Below are positions 34,432 to 48,567 of a stretch of 64,000 nt of DNA, piece by piece (position 1 is the first letter of the stretch; the number at the start of each line of letters is the position of its first letter). The notes beneath the pieces are model-generated. The model had not been told where the DNA came from. It did no database searches and was given only the letters and a program-made list of their open reading frames with translations. Made by a program: the position numbers and the translations under genes. Source of the DNA: Takakia lepidozioides (taxonomy: Eukaryota; Plantae; Bryophyta); the NCBI GenBank assembly GCA_030704615.1, contig CM060731.1, positions 7,626,001-7,690,000 on the forward strand, written 5' to 3'.

Positions 34432-37400
34432 GCTCCACCTCCCGGGAGATGTTGCTCGCTTGGATTGCCTGGTCTGCCAGGCCCTTGAGCTTCTGCAGAC
34501 TTGTAAATTCAGCCACCATGCGCTGCCCTTCTTCCATGATTAGGGAGCTACGAGCCCAGGTGTTTGGGTCCTTCACCTTGCAGGGCAAGCCAAAGGCGTC
34601 TACCCACAGCCCTTTGTTTGGTCTGACCGTTATGTGCAGGTCTTTGACATGGAAGATCGGAAGCACATGTACCACCGCCAGATTAACAAGGGCATTGTTG
34701 TTTTCAACCATAATGCCTATGTTGTGGACTTGAGATAGAGATAGGGAGATGTTTGGAAAAAAATCCATGAGGATCTGGCTGGTGAGCTGCAATGTGACGT
34801 TTTTTTCTTTTCCCACACTTAGCTCCTTGGTCATGTCTTTAGTGACCCAGGCTGAGCAAAAGCCTTCCCCATCCTCCGGGAAGCAAAAGTTAGTGTAATC
34901 GTCAAAGAAAGTATAGACGAGCGGGGTCACACAGATCGCTGCCCTGTCTCTCGCATAAACCGATCCTGGGGCCCAGCCAGTCAAATGCCTACTTTTGAAG
35001 GAGTGCAGCTCGAGGAAGGAAATTGCCAGGCTGGTGCTGTCCAAGAGTTGCAGCTCTTCTTGCAAGAAAGGGAACGAGGCCCAAACTTCCTTCATCCCGA
35101 CTGGGTGAAGATCATATGGCCGGTTGGGATGAACCCATTTGGACTTGTCGTCACTTCGTTTCTTTTTTTTGGAAGACGGGCTTGCCTGAAGCCTTTCTGC
35201 ATCCGATTCCAAAGCGACTTGCACTGTAGTACCTGGAGCCACCAGGTTAAATGAGGAGCCTGCTTTCGTTTGGCATGCACGAGGGCTTGGAGGATTCAGA
35301 GCCTTTTTGCTTGCTGAGCTTCGGGCAGTTGGAGCGAATATGGCCTTCTCCATTGCAGATGAAGCAGATCGTAGAGATGAGTTCTTCTTTGATTGCAACG
35401 ACTATGAACGATTCATCCAAAGCCGGCAGTTTGATCGAGGAGCCAATCCGCTCAGTCTCCGATATTAAGACAACCAACTTAGGTACTCCGCTGTCTTTGG
35501 AGTAGTCATAAATTGCAGCTTTGTTGTCAACGCTCCTGATGTTGTCTTGAACCGGCTCGTAGATATTCAACGAGCCAATGAAGGTGCCGAAGCTGGCGCC
35601 AATCTCTGGTAGGGAAGTCAAGTAAGTGGCAGGGAGGTAAGGAATGGCGATGACCCTGGGTTTCCACATCACACCCTCTTTGTGACCCCAATCGTGGATC
35701 CAGGGGAAGAGGAAGACCTTGACCGTAGACATCTGCGTGTTGAAGTTTAGAGCCAGCTCTGCTTCCTCCGATGAACTGAAAAGGGCCAAATAGAAACCTC
35801 TACCCATGGAGAGGCAATAGGGAAGACCTCCCTCCGCTCCGAGGTGCTCCACTATCCAAGTGCGTACAGAGCTCCTGGATTTAAGTTTCCCAAGGAAATA
35901 GATGAGGATCCCTCTTTGTGTAAGCTTTTCCATCTGTGTTTTGAGCTTTCCCTTGTCCAATTGCAGAACTGGCTGACTGGTGACCATCTGGGGTAGGGAG
36001 TCATCCCATAATGCATCCTCTGCCCTGGGAGATTGCACGTATGTGGATGGGCTTGGGTCTTTGCCCAAAATGGAATCCCCCGAACTGTTGGAGGTCGGAT
36101 AGTTTTTAACAATCCATTTTGCTTTCCCTCCGCTTACCGCCACTCTGCTTCTGCGTCTGCTTGAAGTTCCCCTAGTGCTCATTGTCCCAACTTGGAGGTG
36201 GGGAAGTGTGACGTGCTACCTGGAATCGGACAGCCTCACGATCACTAGCCACACACCAGGCACAACCAGGATTAGTGAGGAAAGCCCTGCATGGAACAGG
36301 CACTTCACCAATGGAGACAAGAGATGGCAGCAATTGAAGACGGAAGAGAGAGGGGAGATGCCGGCTTGAGATGGTTGCAGGCTCTTCCAGCAGGAAGTAA
36401 ACTTTAAATAGAGATAGAACGCCAAATAGGTTGTGAGAGAAATGGAGCCACAACATATCAATGCAGGCTGGTGGAAAAGGCAAGCAAGAAACCGAGCTGT
36501 ATGCAATTCAAGAGGAAGGGCTGGAGTGAACACTTCCCTCCACTTCACCGTCATAATGAGAGAAGGCGCATTATGGAACGCAGGAGAGACTATGCGGCGC
36601 TTTCAATTTCAGTGCATCAGGCTTTCACGCTGCGCGATCATGGAGGTTCGCAGACCTTAGCTGGAGTCGCACAGAAGCTAAAATGAGTCCATCAGCTGGA
36701 AAAGGAAAGGCTGAGCTTGCAGGGGGCCAAAGGAGCAGTCTTGGAGAGTCGTGCCGCAGCCTAAGGAAGGCGGCCCATCAATGCAGAGGGGAGATGGAGC
36801 AGCTGATGATGAAAGGGGAGAAAACCAAGGGAGGTAGAGAAAAGAGAGAAGTGGGGAGACGAAGAAAATTCTTGTTAGAATATGAGTTGGGAAGGCAGGC
36901 CCATAGAGACGTTTCTGTCATCTTTAGGGGATACTGAAAGTTGTGCCTAGCTTCAGTACATCTTAGCTTAGCCGAGGAGGTGCAAGAGGACGAGAGGGCC
37001 CAATCGTTGACAACAGCTAAGTCCCAACTCTCCTCACCGCAACTTGCAGAGCGATCTATATCGCGCCTCCTAATTTCCCAAACATCTTCTCTTCAAATCT
37101 CAAGCATTCTAGAACTTTCTAGACAAGTAATGTCTTCTTTCTTAACTTAGGAAATATGTCACACCTCCTCCCATCGCTATTACAGCTGGCGCAGACACAT
37201 TCGGACACATGTTACATTTCTAAATAATAAGCTATAATTAGATCATCACTAATTCACAGGTGGCGATTGACACGTGTCGAACCTAGTGTTAAATATGTGG
37301 CAGTGAAGCCATAAGAAGAGCCCATATATATTATAATTTAATTAATAATTTTGATGGACAAGCAATCCCTTTGACATACATGTGGCAGACATGGTGGCAA

Positions 37401-38149
37401 AGTGGTGTACCAAGTGTCGTATAAAGAACCGTTAAAAGTACTTAGTCAAAGGTCTAGTTGTAATGGTCAGTCAACACGACCGTCATAATATCCGTTAGAA
37501 GAACCACCTTAACTTTATGCCACGTCAGGTGTGAGCTTGTGTGAGAAGGTTTTTTTAACATGATTATATAAGTTCACAGCTAGCTTAAAGGACTAGGTTA
37601 ACCTAACACTAGGGGGGGTGTGAACTCGGGCTTTTTTCACACTGAAAGGTGTGAGAAGAGATGTTGCTAAAACCATTATCTCTTGTAGATGAGGCCTGTA
37701 TGAGCTCCAATATATCGCCTCATGTTTCCTCTTCAAGAGAAAGATTATCTCCATATTGCACAGATTCTCCATAGTACCTTACTATACATGTCTTGTAAGT
37801 ACGAAAAATTACCTTATCTACAAAACTTAGCAAAACATTAAAGATGATCTACATATTCTCGTCTTGTGTGTAACAGTATATCGAATATCATAATTGCACA
37901 ACCATGGTTCGGTTTTGAGATTGATAGCTCCAACAATTGTCTTGTATGTCAGGATATGTTTCAAATTTATTTAGCGCGTACAATTGCAAATGATCAGGGA
38001 TATCTTGTAGTAGTTTCAACCTTACATCTAGTGAAGAATATAATTAAAAGCTGGAAGAAAGTGCACCGCATAAAGCTGCAAGAACGGTAGATTGGTGAAG
38101 CTGTTCGATGAAAGCCTCGGTGGGACTTAATTTCAGACATCTGTCAAAT

Positions 38150-38750
38150 TGACCGCGATCCCTGAATTCTGGCAATCACACCAATATTTTTTAAATTAAA
38201 ATTAAAAAAATTGTAAATAAGAATTATTTTAAAAATATGCTATCGTCAAATTCCGATTGTGACTTCTAATTATGTTAAATAAAATGGAGACGATTGTCAA
38301 AATTTTAATTTAAAAAATTTAAAAAAACTATATTTATATATTTATATATTTGTATATTTAAAAATAAGGACCTCCGAATTTTGGTGGTCGCTTCTCATTT
38401 TTTGTTTTAAACTAGGTGCGACCTCCAAATTTTGGCAATCATTTTCTTTAAGAATAAAAATAGAAACTACCACTAGAGTTTGGGGATCGCAACAAATGTC
38501 TAATTTTTAAGGATAAAATCATCTTCAAGAAAAAAAACTTCCACCATTACATTATGACGGTTGTTTCTATTTTGTTTTAAAAAAAATTGGTGCAATCACC
38601 AAAACTCAGCGGTCACAACTAATTTTATAAAAAAAATTAAAAATGACTGTTGAATTGTATCGGTCGCTACTAATTCTGCTAAAATTCCGCGATCACAGCA
38701 AATTAGAAAAAACTAATATAGATGTGACTGTCAATATCTGGTGGTTGCAT
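38150..38750. repeat. AT-rich TE segment with dispersed degenerate GACCGCCGAATTTTGGCGGTC hairpin motifs; resumes at 42270-42400
   Basis: About 10 degenerate copies; best copy at 42324 (gaccgccgaattttggcggtc). Confidence 0.55.
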
Positions 38751-39059
38751 GTAATAAACAAAAATCAAATAAACCAAATCCAAAGCGGAAAGGAAAAGGG
38801 AGAACAAGGAAGGAAACAACAGCCCGTACGAAGGCTTTATATAAAATGTCCACTGCTCACATTAGCACCAAAGTGTTCAGCCATTGTCATCCAAAATGTT
38901 ACACCAGCCCCATGTGGTCTCCAAATCGACAAAATCAAGCAATAGTGGCTACCGATCAGCACATAAAAGGTTCAGAATAAGGTCCGATTTATTGATATAG
39001 CCCATGTCAAGAACAGTCAAGTCGTCCAAGGTAACCATAGGCTGGCTCAAATATGGCTC

Positions 39060-39350
39060 AACGCAGGTGAGAACATCTGCATTAAAATTTTCCTTGTCTT
39101 TCTTGTAATCAATTTCAAATCAAATTCTTACAAGAACATAGCCCAACGTGTCAATCAACTATAAAACTCACGAGTACGAAGCAAAGTTTTGAGAGGAAAA
39201 TGATCAGTCTCCACAATGAATTATCCATTATTGACAAAGATGAACTACCTTAGATGTGAAGCACTTTAAGTAGTATCTTCATTGCAGCAGTTCTTCAATG
39301 TTGTGGCAGAGCCCAAAGCTTGGTTCCTAACAGAAACAACGAAATATGTC
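39060..39350 (-). pseudogene. Degenerate Ty3/gypsy RNase H fragment
   Basis: TDHFPLK ... RWAMFL*EFD..IDYKKDKENFNADVLT on the minus strand. Confidence 0.5.
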
Positions 39351-39674
39351 GCGTACATATCTAATTTCCTTGAGGCAATGACATTTTCATTGTCATCAAC
39401 TATTGACACAAAATAGTTGATATAGCAATGTTTGAAGCATTAGTTCACATTTGAAGGGTAATCGAAAGTCTGGAAACAAAAGGACATGAGCCATAGTAAT
39501 GCAATTTTTAGACGATCAAAAGCCAGTGTTGTGAGTCCTATTACGTTTTCTCACTCACAACACTGATTTGCACTCATTGGCTAGTTGTAGTCTGTAACGA
39601 CTACAACGAGAGTGCTGACAATCACTTTGTCTGAAAATCCATTGTGTTGTTGGACATTCCCTGTTTAAACTAAG

Positions 39675-40198
39675 ATGAACACACCCAGTTCCAATATAGG
39701 CGACAACAGTCGTAGTGTCCAGGGCGATGGGGAGGACAGACCTCCATCGAAGTCATGGTGGACTCAATATATGGTCGATATTGACGAGTGCATTGTCAGG
39801 CAGAAACATCAGAAAGTAATGTTGCTTTTACAGTCTGAGAATGTGAACGCTCCTTCAGCTGGGGACTACATTACCGATTCAGACGACGAAGAGGGTAATG
39901 ATGAAGCTCAGCAGATGAAGATTGATGAAGAAGATGAGGAGATAGAGGTTGATGAAGATGAAGATTTGTAGTGGAGTAGGGCAAGCATGGAAATCATTTA
40001 AGAGCAATCCCTCGAGTTCGTTCTTGCGGGGGATCCAGGTCCTGCACTATACGAATCCTGCACCATCTGCCTAAAGTGTCCATTAGTTGGAGACTCCGTC
40101 CGCATTCTGAGTGAGTGCGGTCATTCCTTTCACACTTCATGCATTGGTAGGTGGTTGCGCGAAACGAGTCATGCCTTGTTTGCCGGCATAAGATCTGA
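39675..40198 (+). pseudogene. Acidic-region plus RING-H2 E3 ligase gene fragment
   Basis: CTICLKCPLVGDSVRILSECGHSFHTSCIGRWLR..SCLVCR from 40059 (frameshift near the end), downstream of the acidic ORF 39675..39971. Confidence 0.75.
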
Positions 40199-40909
40199 GA
40201 CAATATAGATAGGTCAGATAGAAAAGCGATATGTTATTAATGACACACCAGTGGCTTAAGGAGGCAATGTAGTTTGAAGTCGGCAACAACTTGCAGAAAT
40301 AAATAACAATCATATTTCTATTATGTGTTGTAGTTTGGGTCCAAATTTCGTAAGAGGTATAAAAATAGTATGGGCTCGGATAACTCAAACGCACTGAAGT
40401 TGGCACCGACTTTACAGAGCGCAGTAACTTAGTCAAGGCAAAGATAGGTTTGACAATATCTTTCATGAATCTTATATAGTATGAAGCTAGGCCAAGAAAA
40501 AATTAAATGCAATAATTGTATTTGAAAATGTATAATTCCGAAACAGCTCGAAGTTTCTCAGGATCGGGTTTCAAGCTATCATTTGATAAGACGTGCCCCA
40601 CGAAATGTAATTCAAATATACACAATTCATACTTCTTTGGTTCAATTTTTAAGTTAGTCGATCTTAGTATGTTGAACAATCCAAGAGATGAACCTCAAAA
40701 GAATACACATTAATGTCATCAACGTAGATGAGAGTATGTTCCACCTGAGGTAGGATTGCACGCAAACGTGACCCCAATGCTAACGTGGATCTGCAACACA
40801 TTTTATATATATGCCAAACAAACTTGATTTTTAAAAAAAAAAAAATCACATAGCATAAGTAAACAACTAAAAAAATGTCAAGTCAGTTGTGATAATTAGT
40901 TAGCTTGAT

Positions 40910-41581
40910 AATTCGGGACCAATAAAATTGACGGTCTCAATTTACTAAATATTTATAAAAAAAATTGAGACGGTCATAGCTGACGATCTTTATTTATTAA
41001 ATGTTCTTAAAAAAATCGGGAACGCCAGAGCTGGAAGTCCGGATTTATTAAATATTTTAAAAAATCAAATATATCAGATTTGGTACTCCCAAAACTTCTA
41101 GGCTCTCCTAAGGTGCTCTTCCTTCGAAGACTTTTTAATATGTCTGCCCTCCCTTTACGAGATGGCCATAGCAGTCAATTTATGCAAAAAAACGCTTGTG
41201 GAAAGTCTCCACTGGAGTCCTTCAATGATTCATGCTCCCATAAATACGTCTCATACAGAATATACATTATATTAAATGAAGAGCCATGGCATCTTCACAA
41301 ACTAAAACCCCGCCCCACCAACCACTGACACCAGACATGCTTAAGCAGGTAGTGGGGTGGTTTAATTCTTCCATGGATAACCACCGCCTGCTGCAATACA
41401 GCCTGCAAAGTGAGCTTATAGATATTTAATAATTTAGGACCGCCACCTCTGATGATCCCAAATTATTAAAAAATAAATAATAATGAGAACTGCCAGCTCC
41501 AATGGTCCCGATTCTAAAAAATATCCTTAATAAAATAGATATTTTTAATTTGATTCGAAAGGTCTCTGTTTGTTTTTTAAA

Positions 41582-41615
<34 letters not shown>

Positions 41616-42267
41616 CAGCTACAGCTGGCAACAATGGCCACAACTGCCATTATAATTTTTTCTCTTTTTAAAAAAAATAAATTGAATATGGATAGATAGC
41701 GGTCCCGATTATTTTAGTTTATTATTTTTAAAAATCAAATCGGGATTGCCAGAGCTAGTGGTCCCGATTATTTTAATTTTTTTAATGAAATTCTAGACTA
41801 CCACAGGTGGTGGTTTCTTTTTTAAAGTTTTCTAAATTCAAACCAAGAGCGTCAAAGCTGGTTGTCCCGAATTTAGTAATTTCTTATAATCGAGACCACC
41901 AGATTTGGTGGTCTCAAATCTATTAAACAGGTTCTTAAAAATCGGGATCGTCAGATCTTCCGGTCCTGATTTATTAATTTTTGTTTTCAAAAATTGGGTC
42001 CACAAGAGCTCGTGATCCTAAATTTATTAAGTTATTTATTAAAAATTGGGATCGCCAGAGTTGGCGGTCTCGATTTATTATTATTATTTTTCAAATTTAA
42101 GACCGCTAGATTCAGCAATCCAAATTTTCACGTCTAAAGATACATCAAGTGTGGACGTTACCCAGACTTGTCAATTTTTTTACGTTTAACTTTTATTGAT
42201 AAATTTTTAACCTAGATATCGAGGTGGCAGCCCAGCTGGACCGTGGACATCACACGGATCTAACTAG
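40910..42267 (+). mobile_element. 3' part of a non-autonomous Helitron with many GGGACCGCCAGAGCTGGCGGTCCCGA-like motifs; 5' end not located
   Basis: Hairpin CCGTG-gacatca-CACGG (42241-57), then CTAG (42264-67) and a flanking T, which is the canonical Helitron 3' end. Confidence 0.7.
41582..41611 (+). repeat. (AAT)10 microsatellite
   Basis: Read directly from the sequence. Confidence 0.95.
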
Positions 42268-44727
42268 TACTAAAAGTATTGTAATGATTCAATTTACATT
42301 TTTTAAATTAGTATTTTGGTACGACCGCCGAATTTTGGCGGTCACTTCAATTTTTTGTATTTTTTAATTAGATGATACCTTTGAAATTTGGCAGTCGTAA
42401 TTATTGAAATTCGTAGTCCATGAGTTGGGAGATGGTGGTCTTATGTCACGAAGGTTTTTGAAGAGGAATACGATTTATGCGCAGAAGACTTGAGTCATAA
42501 GCAAATCAAGGTCCCAGAGACATTAGCCTAGAAGAGGTATAGAAGTTATTTGGTAATGTTATCAACAAGACCAGATACAGCTATGTTCACAGTGGTGACC
42601 CTCTCTTGATAGAAAAGCACTCCTTTTTTCAACCTCAATCAAACTATATATATATATATTTTTTTAGTACGGTTAACAAAATGGAATTTTCCAGCTCTCG
42701 TCAAATTCAAATTCATATTCATATTCAAATTCAAAAATATATATATATTCAATATTTTTTGGATTTCTGAGTTAACACACTGTTATTTTTAGGCGCTTAT
42801 GATTTGTCAAATACTTGATAAAGTCATATTATGGAGAATATGTCAAATCTAAGAAGGTTGACTTGAAGAAGTTTGGCTTGAGGTTCTCAAGTAAAACCTT
42901 TGAGAAAGTCATATTGTGGAGGATATATAAACATGCAATGAATGTCTAGAACGACAAGTTATTCTAGGAAAAAAAATTGGAATCAATTCAAGTACAGTTT
43001 GTGTATATCTTTGTAGATTGTGGGTGTTACAATGGAGTCGGAACTTTTGATCTTTCTTGGTGAAATACCATCTTCGGGATGATACGATTAAAATATATTT
43101 TTAGAATTCGAAATGAATGTGGGTGCTAATACTCTTAAGTGTTGTAATAATAAGTAGTAGTGATGGTGCGTCATAACGATTACAAAAAGTTCTATGACTT
43201 AAATCAATCTTTTTTTTCGTGATTTTCCTTCAGAATATGAATATAAAATTATATGTTGTCGTAAGGCACAGATTATAGATATGATAGTATAGATATTTGG
43301 AGATGAACGATATCAAGAATTGTTACAAAATCCAAGACACGTTGTCTTTCTTATAGTTAAAAATTGAAAGATATATATATGTGTCTATGCGTACTTCATG
43401 GATCGAGGTACAGACATACCGCCCAATTTTTCATCGTCAAATATATTTAGTATCAATGTGCGCGTCATCAACAAACTTATTTTTTGGTAAGATTTTTAGT
43501 TGCAGAATTTGGAGTAGAATTCATGAACCTTGTCATAAGTTCAAACGTTCCTTTTAGAACATGTACCATCATCCCCTCACTCAAATTGAGTGAGGGATGG
43601 CTGAGGTATGGCCAATTTGCAAAGATGGCTCTCTAAACTTGAAAATGACACTCAAGCCCCCTAAAATTTCTGGAGGCTGATTTTATTTGTGTAGTTCGGA
43701 CCTACAGAGGGTGGGGCGATTGGTAATAACCATGCGAGGGCACGTGTCGCGAGCAGGGCAGGTGAACGGAACGATGGCTGAGCGTCAATGGTCCCAGTCG
43801 GGTCATTTGAGAGTGACTGCAGTGGGCGGTGGTGGAATACAAGCTGTGAGCATTAAGGAAAGCCAAGAGAGTGTGCAGAGGTGGGGGGGAGTGGTGAACC
43901 AATAATGTAGTCACTACTACATATTAACGTTTTTATGACTACGGGTGATATAAACCTTGGTAATCATGACTATATGTGTGACTACGAAGTGATGAAACCC
44001 ATTGTTGGGCGAATTTTAATATATTTTAATCTAATGTCATACGTTTTACTACATGACTAGGAGCCGCGGTCAAACAGTGTTGACCAAGAACATAGGCTTG
44101 GTTTATATAACTAGTAGTATACGCAATACTACACGTCAGACACGTGCCACGTAAGCTTATGACTAAATGACTACACCACTACTACACATTGATGACATGC
44201 CATATAAGCTTATGACTACATGACTACTGGAGGTTTCACATCTCTGTTTCTATGATTACATCACTACACGTGGCATCTTAAGGCATATACATGAATGGGT
44301 TCATCCATTGGATGACCTCATCCATCTATCTTTAACGAAGCACTTGTCATATGTGAACATGTGTCCATTTGATATTGGCAAAATATTGGACCTGGAGCTC
44401 GAAGCAGTTTGCAGTTTCACTATGTAGTGGCGTGGGCAAATATCACAAAGTAGTAAGTAGCATACTTCATTGTCATGCAGTTTTGCAGACTTCGAATTGA
44501 CTTGTAATCGTCGTCCCTGTTTGCAGTCTTCAAGTGTACAATTTGATATATTCCCCCCTTCATGACATTGGTATTCGACTATACAACGAGTTCTTTTAGT
44601 GGTGCTGAAGCCGGACAAGGTCACAATTGGTTGCGTTTACGATGAATGTGTGAGCTTCGTAGCCCTGAAATTGGACAGCCTCAAAATGGGAATAGTATGA
44701 GAGGTATTTGTTCTAAACTCTACCTGG

Positions 44728-44870
44728 GTGGACGACATGTATTTTGAATGTGGTAGCATCAAGGATGACAAGGGAGTGTTCGATGATATGGCCGAACAAG
44801 ATGTGGTGTCTTGGAATGCAATGATCGCACAATATGCCCAGCATGGTTGTCATAGGAGGGAGGCCCTACA
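44728..44870 (+). pseudogene. Captured PPR fragment
   Basis: DMYFECGSIKDDKGVFDDMAEQDVVSWNAMIAQYAQHG. Confidence 0.8.
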
Positions 44871-46849
44871 AGTAATTATAGGCATTCACTATGTCATTTC
44901 CCCAAAAAACCACCAACTGCCGAGGGCGGCGGTACCTCCATTCTCTTCTCTTCTCTCCCCGTTTGTCGAGGGTTTTTGCCATGTAAGAGTCTGTTCATAC
45001 CAATGCATGGTTCTCCCGTTCTAATTCCACAGTGAGAATAGAGGCAGCTTATGTCAAGAGAGGTAGGGGCAAATTTACTTTGGCAATGATGATGGCCTAG
45101 ATGAAAAATATGGATTGTTGTTGGTGCCAGCTCTGGAGAACTGTCAGTTGTGGACAAGGAGGATTGATATGCGATTGATATGCCTCCAGTAGCATGCCAT
45201 ATTCTCTGTTTCACTGTAGGCAGCAACCCAAGGCCCATCTGATGCCAAGCTGCCCCATTTAATCCAGCCTGAACCACATAGTTCCCTTTCAATCTCTTCC
45301 TTCTCTTCATTTTTGAAAGGTCTTTTCTAAACTGTGAGAAGTTGCTGGATTGCAGGGTTGTGTGTCATAACCCCCAATTCAACACTCATATTTGATGTTG
45401 AGTTTGTGGGCAAAGCTTAAGAGCCTTGATTCTCAACGACTACCAGCGAGACATATATCACTGGTAAACATGTCTCTGGGAATTTGCTTTATATTTGCTT
45501 TTTCACCGGGGGGGGGGGATTCCAGGGAGGCAGTGAAGTTGGCAAAGCTCTAATGGGATGAGGGATGTGAAAGTTGGTGTTGGTTTATTTTTCCACTAAT
45601 GTGTGACACAGAAGTCGTATGCTGGGCACTTCCTTACTAGCTCAGTGGGCTGAAAACTGATTGCACGACTGTTTGAACTCACCTCTCTAATGCTTTGTTT
45701 TTCCTGATATGCCATAGGCTTGCCATGACAGCTTGGTCAAGACGAAATAAATCTGTCTGCTTGTGGATATTGGATTGCAAGATTGCCACCACAAGTAAGT
45801 GATGTGTACGATATGGTATAATTGTAGGTCTTCCACCACAACCAAGTGGTGTAAGTATTTTACTCATGAAATAGCTTTGAACCACCAAAAACCTCCCATG
45901 TTGGTCACAGTTGACTGGAATTCTTTAATTTCATTTTGTGGTTAGGGCAGGGTGAAGGCAGACTTGGGGGTAGCGTTGCTCATGAAGGACACATCCATAC
46001 ATTGGTGTGGAGGCTATGATGACAGCCATAGCCTGACATTGTAAGATTTTGGCAGAATTGCAGTGCAGCAATGTGACAGCGGGTCATTTTCTTGGAGATG
46101 AGAAAAAAAAAACTAGATAAGATTATGATTCGATTGCAAGCTAGAGAGGGGGTGGGGAGCAAGCCAACTGATGTTCCATGGTCTTACAAGTCTCTCAACA
46201 ATCTGACCACTCAATGGCGACAGCAGATGCGAGCGATTCAGAGTGGTAGAAGGGGTGAAGATGCACAAGGCCAGGTTTGCAGGATATTGCTATGCATGCC
46301 ACCCCGTCTACAACTCTACAAAGGGGCAAAGAATTGACAGGATCAAAGCGTGAATTGTACCAATATCAGTCTGGATATTGCCCTGGCGTAGATGTATGCC
46401 AAATGTGGCAATATGTTGTTGGTGTTGAAGCTAGACAAAGGCCCAAGGATGTGGGTATGGGATTTTTTTGATATAGGGATATTACTGCAGGTTGCCAGCG
46501 ATGAAATCAGTGCTAATAGTTGCAACTGGAAGATATTAGAAGTGTAGAATGGTGAAGTGCCAGACTCGGTCACTTCCCAACTTCTGGGTGCCAATGTTTT
46601 ACAATCTGGATATGAATAAATGGCCCTACTAGTGGCCAATCCACTAGTGCTTGATCACAACAGCTTATAGCATGGAGGAATTGTGAGCATATTTGAATAT
46701 CAATGTTCATTGACAGTTGGTACCCAAAAAAATGTGACTACATGAGGACAGAATAGTACATTTATTTGGAATGACAGGTAATACATGCACAAGGGTAGCA
46801 TATCTAATTGCCATCGACTGAATCCGTGTCTGTGAATATGGAGGTATCT

Positions 46850-48567
46850 GTGTCATCATCACTGACCATAGCCTCAACGTCGGTGGAGGTATCTGTGTCT
46901 TCTGACAGACCTGCTGGTCAACTGGGGGTTGTACCTCGCGTCGTCGGTATGGGGTCGGTACAATGAGGCCTGCTCTGGTGTCACTGTCTGAATTCGGTTG
47001 TGAGTTCGGCCAGTAGTCAATGTCTCTTGTAGTTGTTGTGGAGCTAACAAGCCTTCAACTCTTCTCAAATCATCAATAGAAATTGAGATATCACACACCA
47101 TTCTCCGTGATCAGGGGCTCTTCTCCAATACAACTTTCTATTGTCGTTCCTTCACACACTCAGAGAAAAAGACTTGATCAACCTGTATTCGCAATACAAA
47201 AGGTTGTTCAGAGGGTGGTAGCATTTGATTGAAATTGACCAACGTGAAGCCACAATCATCTTCCTTCATTGATCTGGGTTGACGACCCACATTTTGGGCC
47301 CGTACCAGGAGCACAAAAACACTACAGGCCGTGTAGTGCCATAGTCAATCTGCAAAATCTCCTTGATAAGACCCATATACCGTACAGATTCCGTCTCATG
47401 CTTGAAAACTGATGAGACTCCACAATCAAAGGATGCCATACTCGATGTGTTCATGCCTGGGGATGTAGCCCTGTAATGGTTGCCATATCATGACATACTC
47501 TTGTATGTCAAGGCATAATATGATGGGGGTCTTGAAAGATCTAGTAATTCTTGTCGTACGCCATCTTCAAGCACATGTTCTTGAATTCCAGATAGATGTT
47601 CCCGCACAGCATTTGGCAGCCAAGCAGCAAATGGAGGACAATCATCCATTTGTGTGGACTCCTCTTCATATTTCCTGGCACAAAATGTCGAGGCTATTTA
47701 GCCAACACAGACTAAGCATGGGGCAGTACAAAAAGATCAAATCAACAAAATATTCAGATATGAAAGGGTGTGGACTTACTTCAACATATCGGATATGCTT
47801 GGATGATTTTGAATGATGTAATCGTGTACAATAGCATGCAAGTCACCCAATTTCCGAGGTTTGTCGGCTCCTTCCAAAACTACGCCGGCCACAGATTCTT
47901 CCTCATCTGCATCCCACACCCTTGTGCGGTTCCATCATATCCTGCCATATACTCCGTGCAAAATCCTAGAGCTTCATAAAAAATGTATCCTTGAGCCATG
48001 CTGCCCTCTGGTTTTGCCATGTTCCGGACGTACCCCTTCATTTCTTTCATTGCCCGCTCCATGGGGTACATCCAACGTGATGCCACAGGACCACATAAAT
48101 CGAGCTCGTCCACTAGGTGGACAAGCAGATGTGTCCTCACATCAAAGAATGATGGTGGGAACTCTTTCTCCATTAGACAGAGAGTAACAACTGCTTTATG
48201 TTTCAACTCCTCATACTTTGCAGGATTCAGTACTTTTGCACACAACCTCCTAAATACACGACATACTCGCAAAATTGTAGTGCGCACACCTGTTGCCATG
48301 AGCCCACGAATAGCCAGCGGTAAAATTTGGTGCATGAACACATGGTAATCATGTGATTTCATGCCAGATAGTTTTTTTTTTACCACGTGTTTTTTGAAAG
48401 CTGATGCGTATCCTGTGGGTACTTTAAGGTTTCGCACAGTGTCCAAGAAAACTTTCCACTCAGCTTCAGTCAGAACATAAGGAGCAGGAGGCATGATTAA
48501 CGTATCTGCCCTGTCTGGATGTCGTTGCAACCACAATGATGGACGCAGCCCAAGTAATTCAAGATCA
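46850..48567 (-). pseudogene. CACTA TnpD/Tnp2 transposase C-terminal region (DUF4218/DUF4216-like)
   Basis: KVPTGY, GMKSHDYHVFM, FPPSFFD..HLLVHL, GPV..RWMYPMER, PEGSMAQGY; downstream YMGLIKEILQIDY..VFLCSWY. Confidence 0.9.

Larger units (their letters stand above)
28642..36182 (-). pseudogene. LINE ORF1 (~770 aa after removing the CACTA), segments 36182-34432 and 29208-28642
   Basis: Removing 29212-34431 and one TSD copy gives in-frame ...SREVEP-TNRAIILYND...; GRGFYL, FPW and CCHC knuckle present. Confidence 0.8.
25222..36900 (-). mobile_element. L1-clade LINE, 3'-truncated at the MULE-like element and split by a CACTA at 29212-34431
   Basis: ORF1 (RRM/DUF4283-like plus CFICNGEGHIRSNC knuckle) followed by ORF2 (APE + RT); pyrimidine-rich 5' UTR; 5' boundary approximate. 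Confidence 0.88.
43912..48567 (-). mobile_element. CACTA element: terminus at 43912 and 3' part of the transposase, interrupted at 48568 by another CACTA
   Basis: CACTACTACA terminus with ATGACTAC subterminal repeats to ~44270; Tnp2 C-terminus on the minus strand. Confidence 0.75.

Noticed and set aside
41426-41699. Poly-Ile membrane-like ORFs
   Set aside because: Caused by the (AAT)n microsatellite in AT-rich TE DNA.
43570-43600. Strong hairpin (ccctcactcaa-a-ttgagtgaggg) as a Helitron end or terminator
   Set aside because: No CTRR terminus follows and there is no supporting context.
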